From Tubulanus polymorphus (lineage: Eukaryota > Animalia > Nemertea), in NCBI RefSeq assembly GCF_964204645.1, contig NC_134027.1, positions 5,054,485 through 5,118,484 on the forward strand: 64,000 nucleotides of DNA. The letters are read 5' to 3'. Made by a program: the position numbers and the translations under genes. Of the stretch, positions 55,375 to 64,000 are shown piece by piece. The notes beneath the pieces were generated by a model. The model was not told the DNA's origin and did not search any database. It saw nothing but the letters and a program-made list of their open reading frames with translations. How positions within the stretch are numbered: the stretch's first letter is position 1; each line of letters opens with the position of its first letter.

Positions 55375-55508
55375 AAAGGAGTGCTGAATGCTATTGGCGA
55401 TGGCCAAAGTTCGTACATCCACGATGTAGGCACATGCGGATAAACGACTGGTGAACATTTTCTCAAATAATTCATATTTCGTTGTGAAATTCTAATTTAC
55501 ATAGACAT

Positions 55509-56022
55509 CAGGTGGGGATCCAGGGGGTGCTTTTGGAAGATTTCTGTCGTATCATTTGTTTCCAGTTTTTCAACGCTGCATTTCAAAGTGCTACTATACG
55601 AGATGATCAAGCGCAGTACCTAAAGACGCTCAAAATGCACGAAAATCAGCAGGGGCGTCACTTGGATCTTTTTTAGAGGGGTAGTTATTAATAAAGGCGG
55701 AATTATGCCATACTTCGCGCCGTATCTGCCTTGCACCGAAGGCAAACGAGCATTTCTGAATTCTTGAAATTGCTTCTTAGGTTCTTTATTAAATTCGAAG
55801 CTTGAGAGGGCCGTTTTCTGGATCTGATGATGCAAAATGCTTATGAAATTTCCGGAATATGAAAAAACAAAATTCGGAACTAAACAAATGCGGGTTTAAA
55901 GATGGAGGTCATCCGCATCCCGACAACCCTCTGGACGCCCATGATAAGGATAATTTCTCAAAATTCTCTGGGAATGACCAGTAGAGCAAAGGCACTTTTT
56001 AAAAATCCTGGATCCACCGCTG
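55509..56022. mobile_element. Degenerate non-autonomous DNA element with CAG..GGATCCAGG termini
   Basis: Left caggtggggatccaggg resembles the reverse complement of the right end (cagcggtggatccagga). Non-coding interior. Confidence 0.45.
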
Positions 56023-56039
56023 CAGATATATATACTTAC

Positions 56040-56174
56040 ATTTATAAAGGGATCCAGATCCTGATATGATGTCCTTGATGTGGTAAGTTCGTATGGTAGA
56101 ATTCATTCCGCTGGCGATACTTTTTCGTCTAGTCAGATCATTCAGACCCCTCTTCTGCGGAGCTGGGTTTGCGG
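56040..56174 (-). other. Candidate upstream exon of the CA8-like gene
   Basis: Acceptor gttcttgtttctgcag, donor T|GTAAGT, 135 nt. An internal ATG gives MNSTIRTYHIKDIISGSGSLYK, in frame with the 52707 exon. A further strong donor (GAG|GTAAGG) at 57711/57710 may end a non-coding first exon. Confidence 0.4.
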
Positions 56175-56538
56175 CTGCAGAAACAAGAACGCACATGGTT
56201 GGGATTTTCAATGATTTGGCTATAAACGGATAGCTATCGTGAACTTCGGCACCAGATTCTCGGCGTTCGTGAACATCTCGTGACCAAAACATGACGGACG
56301 ACTCCGACTACGATATCAAATAGTAGCTAAATACGCCTGTTCGTTTGGACATGTGGTCTTCCAACGTTTGACCAAATTTCACGCATAGATGATTTTCGAT
56401 TGTGTCAATAGTATTAAGCAACACCAAAACACGCCATACTGAAATGCATTTTATCATAGCACCTTCAAAGCCCACGTAAATATTGTTGTTTAAGTGTAGT
56501 GTATTCTCCTTAATTATGATCGAATAGCCGTGTGAGTG

Positions 56539-56679
<141 letters not shown>

Positions 56680-59600
56680 CGATGATGGATGATCATCTCC
56701 TATAAAAACCTTTCTACTATCTAATTCAATTTCGAATTATGTTATTTCGATCAATTCAGCCTGGCTCGCCGTATGATTCGTTCCTATCAAAAACACGATA
56801 CCAAACGGTCACTTATTGCAAGTGAAATCAACATTAAACCACGTTTACGTACCTGCCATTATGCACAAACGACGAGTTCCCAGGAATTGAAAATCTTTCT
56901 TATTTACTTTTTGACGTATGTATTTGTTTCAAAGGTAACTACTGCTCTCTTATTGAAAAGTTCCATAAGTCGGTGAACGGCAGAAGGAATATAACGACGA
57001 CAAGTCACGTTTCAAACAGAAATATTGTACGATTTGAGTAAATTGCGCTGTCTGAGCTAGCTGGTCAGAATCTCGAGTCAGTTTCTATTTCCGTTCACCA
57101 CATTAGACCCGGTTATTAATTAATGTTTTATGTCAATCCGTATAAACGCATCCCTATCGCCGACTACATCATTTCAGTGAATGTGGATGCAGACTTTTTG
57201 CCGCACCTGAAATCGACAACGGTGTGACGGGTAGAAGCTGGGGATTATTGAACGTTTCAGTCGGCTGATTGTGATGTATTGGCTGGCATTATAACGTCGA
57301 TTTACTGTTATTAGTGCCTGAAGATGGCTTTTGTTTTTCTACTGCAACAGACCTCAACATGAATATGAATCTATTCGCGATAATACTTTTCCCTTAGCGA
57401 TTAGGCTTACAACATACGTTCATATTTTGATATCATCATAACTGATATGACTGGTTATATGAGATGATAACCATTAAGTCCGTCCTATTTGACATGTTGA
57501 AAATTTTTCTAATAGAAAACAAATCATCATTCGGTTTCAGTCTGCAGAGCAAGTCGAGCACTATAATGCGACGAGGCGAATTTTCTATGATTAATCGACA
57601 TTTAAGACGGCCACGGATAGATAAGTGCCACACCCTTAATACCGATCAGACAACATTCAATAAATAATGGGGAAAAATAACGTTTAACGACAACTGCGCG
57701 TTAGCCTTACCTCGTCGGTGGAAATGACGACGATACGGCTGTCGGGACCGTCTGCGTATTTCGGGATGATGATGATGGTTACACGGAGAGAAAAGAGAGA
57801 TATTTCCGGATCAATATGATATTTATCGCGTTGTTGATTGAAACCGATATATTACACTCGCAAGAATGAATAGATTGATCGGTATATAATGGAAATGATG
57901 CAGCCTGCCTACTCGACGATATCGACTAACGCCCTATATTGGAAACTTACCAAAGGCTCCCGGAGATATTTTAAGACCGACATTGCTCGCTAAAAATAAT
58001 AAAATCGCTGCTTCCTTAAATATCCTCGACGTATTTAAAGTCGTTAAATGTATATGAGGAACAAGATAAACTAAGATTTATAGATCATTTACAATTTAAT
58101 CTTTTTGACACCATGGACACTGACGTTTTATACATGTTTATAAGTACATGTACTTTACAAACATTTTCTTTCTGGTTTTTCAACGAAAATTAAAACAATG
58201 AACGTATAGAGAAAAAATGTGTGTACATCATGTTCGATTATTGTGTGTGAATGTTTATCGCTCTTGACGTCGGTAGCCAAATGATTTATACATCAAATAC
58301 ATATCCAAGATTAAAGATATAATAAATAACCATTAACAACAAAAATCCACGAGTTTCCAAAAGAGCATGGCAACTATTCATACAAAAACAACGCAATTTT
58401 ATAATATTGCTGGCAATTTAGGCAGACTTAAGTCGGCTAGCGGTGCTACTAACGACAACAGCGACGTAGTTCGTGAAATCATCTAGACGTATTTTGAAAT
58501 TTAAAAAAAAGATAACGCAAGTTACGAGCAAGTAATAAATACTTGTAAATTTGGTCGTTATTTGAGTTTGATGGATCCGTATCGTTTTTTTTTTCAAAAA
58601 GAATATTTTCTGAAACTGATTTTACTGGATTGAAACTTTCCTTCAATCCTAATCCAGAACCTAAACAAAATCTCCATAAGTGTGGGCATTTGATAACATA
58701 ATTTTCATAACCGATATTATGATGGTAATAACAATAATAATTAATGATTGATAATAATAATTCATATTATATTCACATGATACAATGTTCAAGAATGTTC
58801 TTATCATTTTATGCTTTTTACAACACAATTTCCTTTAAAATATCAAGAATAATTTACAGCATCATATTTTACAAGTGACTTTTTTTTTCGTTTACGTCAC
58901 AGAAAGGACTAAAAATGTACATGCATTAAATAATATGGCATCCAGATCTACAGATGGCACACCACACTCACCACAACATTATATACACAAACGGTTTGTC
59001 ATCTTTTTTAAAATACGTTTGATTCACTACAGTTCATATTCATTATTCCAGTTACCGGGTATATACGGATTTTCTTGGAATTCATCCCATCGCTAAAGTA
59101 TCTACACCATGAAATTGGATAATACAAAACTTTGACAAATTAATTCTAGTAGTTAAGAAAATCGCACGGGTGATATCGTAAACTAACTTGATGACATGAT
59201 ATTTCCATCATCAATTCTCTGTAACAAAATACAAAGATATTCGGGTAAATACACAAAGATTGGGATTTAATGATTCATGAAACAGTACAAAAAGAAATAT
59301 ATTTATACATACTTTTTATACATATCTTATTCAACTCATAGTTTATTCAAAGTAGAACATGGTCTAACAACTTAAAGTGTACTTGTAAATTTTGCAATTC
59401 GGATATCGCATTTTCGAAAAAAACAACAATAATCCTAGAGGACTTAGGTATGGATTATTTGATCAAGAAAAAGCAAAACAAACAGACAAAAGAATATAAC
59501 AAATGTATACAATGAAAATAAGATGAAAAACTTAATCTAATTTTGTTGAGTACAGTAGCACCAACTCCTTACGTGAATGAAAAAATTGCTGATAAAATAA

Positions 59601-60440
59601 GCAACAAGAAACAACAAATTCTTCAACGGGTGGATGAGTCATGAGCAATATTAAAAGCTTTCATAATTTCTAATTAATTGGGCAAATTGTCAATTGTACA
59701 TACGTAACTCTCATCGACAATACATTCGCCTGCCCATTCAATAATAAAACTACCACAAATCCGAAGATTGATCTCCTTTTAAGTACACAATAGAGAAAAA
59801 ATATGATCACACGGATTAGTTCAGTCACTTGTGACAAGTGTAATCAATATTAACAAAAATATGTATTGTATGATACCAATGCATTCCACCACAACTCCAT
59901 TCAGCAACTGTAAAGTTTGAATGCCTTCGTGAACAAGACAAATTTTTCTAAGTGCTGCACCGAGTAATGCATTTCATGTTATGTATTACATATCCATATC
60001 GTAAGAAGATGTCCAGTCAGGAATACAGCTCTCGACTTTTAGACAAATAACTTTCAATTATTCCATGATTTGTAATCATCGTTCCAAGCGCCATGTCCAA
60101 AGAGTGTTAGGATTGACGAATCCGTAACGTAAGATCTATCTATAATAGAGCTATAATGTCTCAGTTTAAAGTTAGCACATTTTCAGTTTACACACAACAA
60201 GATGCGACTGATGATAAATCTCATGTTAGTCAGTCGGGTTAGCTTTCCTCAGAACTTTTTTTTGAAAGACTGCGCACAAATTAAAAACACGCATGACGCA
60301 CACAGATAAATTAGTCTTTAATCTCACACACATATATACACACACGAACGCAAACGATCAAGTTTATGTTATTTCCTATGTAGTGCAAACTCGGACTGTG
60401 TTCATAGCGTTAAATCATTCTGCTTGTAGTAATAATCACT

Positions 60441-62603
60441 TCACTGATAATGTGAGCCGCTCGAAAAAAACGGAAAGGCACCAAACTGACTGTTAATCGG
60501 TGTCTTCGGCGATGCGCATATATAGTTCAAATCAAAGTCATCAGATTGCGGATGAGTGCGATTTAATGTCGGTTCCGACGCACTGCGATGGATTTTCGGT
60601 AACGAACGCAACAAATTCTCAAGTGAAGCCAAAATCTGAAAACCACATGAAGCGAGTATTAGAAAATGCATCAATTGAAAGATTTATATGAGCTTGATCT
60701 TGATGCTCAATAGACAAAAAAGCAAAGAAACTCACTTGTTGAAATAATGGCCGTTCATCGCGTAGGAATTTAATACAATCTTGCATCAAACGTTTGAACG
60801 CTTTCGGTGAGTCAGATCGACATAGCTGTACATCAGGCCTCAAAAATCCTTTACCAACCATGAATAATATCTGGTGAATAAAACATTGAATCCAAATATC
60901 TTTCAGTCTCTCTAGAACGTAACGCAAATCCATGATTGTTCAAAATACTTACCTGGTCTTTGTTGTTTATGTGTGAGTAAGGTAATTGTCCAGTCATAAG
61001 TTCATACATTACAATTCCAAAAGCGTAAACATCTGATTGGAATGTGTATGGATTCTCTTCTTTCATACGGATCACTTCGGGAGCCTGAAATTCATACCAA
61101 TTTTCATCCAGTATCCAATTTGAAACTAATTAAATTGTCTAACTCTGGATGAAATATCTGACAATTGACATATCCGAGTTCATCAACCCTTTCAGTAAGT
61201 CTACACTTTTTTTCAATTTTCAAAATATCACCAGCACTTCTGTATATCAACTAGTCAGCAATGGAAGGGTTGACATGGTTCCATTGTAAGATGCCCTAAA
61301 GCCCAGAACTTCTTCCAGACAATTGCTTACCATCCATAATATCGATCCAGTAGTTTGCTGAAACTGATGAGACCCACTCCATCGAGTTTTCACAGTTGCC
61401 AGTCCAAAATCACCAATCTTCACAGTCAGATCATCATGCAAAAAGATATCTATTAACACAAGTTAAGGTTAAATTCACGAAATAAATAATCACTTGATTA
61501 TAAAAATAATAAAACAAAGGATACTGTTAGATTTCATGTCTCTGTGTATGATGTTTTTCGCATGAAGATAACTACAAACAGTCAAAGAGAAAGCATTCAA
61601 TTAATCAATTCAGGCATAATATTGAGATGCTAGCGTGTGGGATATTCTTGAAAAAAGCAAAATAACACGTGCACTTACTCCATGCCCTGCGCTGTCTGTC
61701 TTCCTATATCTATTAACTGGATCATTTCAAATTTAGTCTCTTGAACGTGAAGGTGTTTGTATAAACTGGAACCTTCGCACCACTGAGTAACGATTGCCAG
61801 TGCTGGCTGCGATGTCCAGCCCATAAATAATAGAATATTTACATGTCGTGTTTTTCTGAAAAGATATGAAGGCGATGCATCATATACTGATAATACTTTC
61901 GCTGTTCTGCTGAACGTTTAGTCAAAGGTTATTCATAAAAGGTTCCTGCACTAAATAACCTTCCAAATTCCATTACTTTCCATGTCCTTTCTTCTAATCC
62001 CAATTATTCTTGCTATTTCCTGATATTAACTCTCAAATACCATGACTTCCCACAATTCTAAGGAATTCTAGACAATTCGAACTCTTCATTGACTTGAGCA
62101 CTCAAAGGCTGAAATTCCCTGACCTTCTAACACCTCAGAAAACGCTTTTTAAATTACGTGGCTTCCCGGGTTTTCACTGATTGCAGGAACCACGTTATAG
62201 GAAATTTACCGTAAAACTGCTACTTCATTCTTAAACGCCTGCATCTGCGCTTCAGTCGGTTCAACTACATTCAATCGTTTCACAGCAACTTGACCATGCC
62301 AGTGACCTCTGTATACAGTTCCAAACGATCCTGATCCTATTCGGTGGCCGATCTGGATTTCAGTTGTCGGTATTTCCCAATCTTCATTCGAATCTCGACG
62401 TGGAAGCTGTGGAAAACAAATCGAAGAAATTGCATCCGAAGTTATCCAGTCCAATATCTCCGTAAATTCAGAATAATCATCGAATCGTACCTTTTTCCTG
62501 TGTTCGGATTCTGCAGATCTAGACCTAGTCCGTATTGTAGGCTGAGCTAACTTTGTAGGACTAGCACCACTTCCTGTGATTAATGACGTCGCTATATTTT
62601 GAC
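60441..62603 (-). CDS. BRAF: Raf serine/threonine kinase (B-Raf-like), 3' portion including the whole kinase domain; 5' part lies beyond the window
   Basis: Exons 62603-62491, 62406-62210, 61855-61679, 61571-61525, 61449-61331, 61084-60953, 60870-60736, 60635-60441. Motifs: [41 protein letters not shown], the 14-3-3 site RSASEP and the C-terminal SPKTP. Confidence 0.96.
61450..61524 (-). other. U12-type (minor spliceosome) GT-AG intron in the Raf gene
   Basis: 5' splice site GTATCCTTT, branch motif CCTTAAC (61468-61462) 10 nt before the AG, and no long polypyrimidine tract. It splits the second Asn codon of KSNN. Confidence 0.92.
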
Positions 62604-63441
62604 CTGGAAAACAGAAAAGATATGTTAGCTCATTGTTAAAATCTTAAGAGAATTTACTACCGCAATGAACACGTAAAGATTTGAAAAATCAAAACCACAG
62701 GACCCAGTTCCACAACTGCAGTCAATGTTGAATGCAATGTCATTGAAAATAGAGTTAAGATGACACACAATATAGGAACCGAATCCTGAATTTCAATGGA
62801 CTATGGAATATAATAAGTCAGGCTATAAACACTTTAAAAGAGTGGATATTTTCACGCATTGCCATCAATTTACTGTTATTTCATGCTGAAACTAACGGAG
62901 ATAAAGCGTTTAGTGGAATTTGAATATCAAACAGATGGAAATCATACATCATTACAAATAACCATGTACAAGTAGTAAGAAGACATGCTGTTGTGTGCCT
63001 GTGCATATTAGATTTGTCGAGGGGTATTAGCAGAAAGCATCATAAATAAAACAGTGGTACCATAGCCCTTCTTCAGGGATATATTTCTTCTTTCATTTGA
63101 GTACACTACAGTATTCATTCGACTTTAATGTTTATGAGATTATTACATTTTTTCGCTGTGCGACAAGTTGACGGATCCAGTGAAATATAACCACAGATTG
63201 ATCATCATATACTAAAGCCCATTCTATATAGCGGTAGATAGCGGCCGAGGGTTTGTTTGAAAGCATTAAAAATCATGGTCTACATTTACTAGCAGGGGAA
63301 GAGTGTAAGATAGAGAAAGACACAAAGGTATAATAGCTGTTAATCAAATTGTTAGCTGCAGAAATACTAATAATAATCATACAAATAATATCTAAATAAT
63401 GATAACAGTCAGAATAATAATGATAGATTTAGTAATTGATA

Positions 63442-63513
63442 CTAGTAATAGTAGTAATAGTAGTAGTAAGTAGTAGTAGTAGTAGTAGTTGTAGTAGTAG
63501 TAGTAGTAGTTAG
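63442..63513. repeat. Imperfect (TAG/AGT)n microsatellite in a Raf intron
   Basis: Read directly. Confidence 0.9.
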
Positions 63514-63534
63514 CGATTCGCTCATTGAAGCTAC

Positions 63535-63627
63535 CTTTATGAATAGTGGCATAATAGTGTTTTTGAGTCAGTTTAGGGCTTTCACAGCGCTTTATATCGG
63601 CTGTAGTCCGGTGGTTGAACATCAGGT
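63535..63627 (-). CDS. Candidate 93-nt symmetric exon of the Raf linker region
   Basis: ttacag|...LMFNHRTTADIKRCESPKLTQKHYYATIHK G|GTAG. Phase 1-1 and in frame with the 62603 exon. Confidence 0.45.
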
Positions 63628-64000
63628 CTGTAATTCAATAACAAACAACAACGACAGTCAGACAGAGATGAAAGTGCGATCACAAATAAATGCACACCAG
63701 TTAACAGCAGTAGGGAAACATCCGGATACAACGACCATAACTTACTAAGTACTAAGGATGGGAGCAAACATTTAAAATGTTAATCCCGATAGTGATGACC
63801 AAGGGTAAAACCAAAAATTTTACTCATAATATCATTACATGTAATGACACACAAACTAAGTCCTTGGTCAGCGTTTTGAATTATAACTACAATTTTCAGA
63901 AGCCAGGAGCCAGTAATGAATAAACATTGTTCAGTAAAATGGAGCAAAGTATCTTGTGAGCTCCTTCGTCAGATGAATCTTATACATACACGCATGTGCA

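Noticed and set aside
61102-61154. 10-bp inverted repeat (tttcatccag/ctggatgaaa) in a Raf intron
   Set aside because: Short; likely chance or an old repeat remnant.

Overview
AT-rich animal genomic DNA (invertebrate-like, many 65-130 nt GT-AG introns); no prokaryotic features, CRISPR arrays, rRNA or tRNA were seen. Well-supported genes: a two-exon scratch (SNAG + C2H2 zinc finger) gene at 27.4-31.4 kb; a tandem array of three 10-exon clan-2 (CYP17-like) cytochrome P450 genes at 38.8-48.4 kb, the middle one frameshifted; a small secreted PAN/apple-like domain gene at 49.5-50.7 kb; an acatalytic carbonic anhydrase-related protein (CA8-like) on the minus strand at 51.0-52.7 kb; and the 3' half of a B-Raf-like kinase (minus strand, 60.4 kb to the window end) that contains a U12-type intron. 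There are also several MITE-like inverted-repeat elements and microsatellites. I cannot claim a new biological system from the sequence alone. The best leads are: a hand-spliced ~97-aa orphan protein gene spread over 16 kb; further orphan spliced ORFs upstream of scratch and nested in a CA8 intron; the mosaic history of the P450 array, with differences concentrated at substrate-recognition sites and one copy lacking the I-helix acid; a 39-nt CA8 microexon; and a ~270-bp AT-rich palindrome. All exon models were built by eye from splice signals and reading frame.
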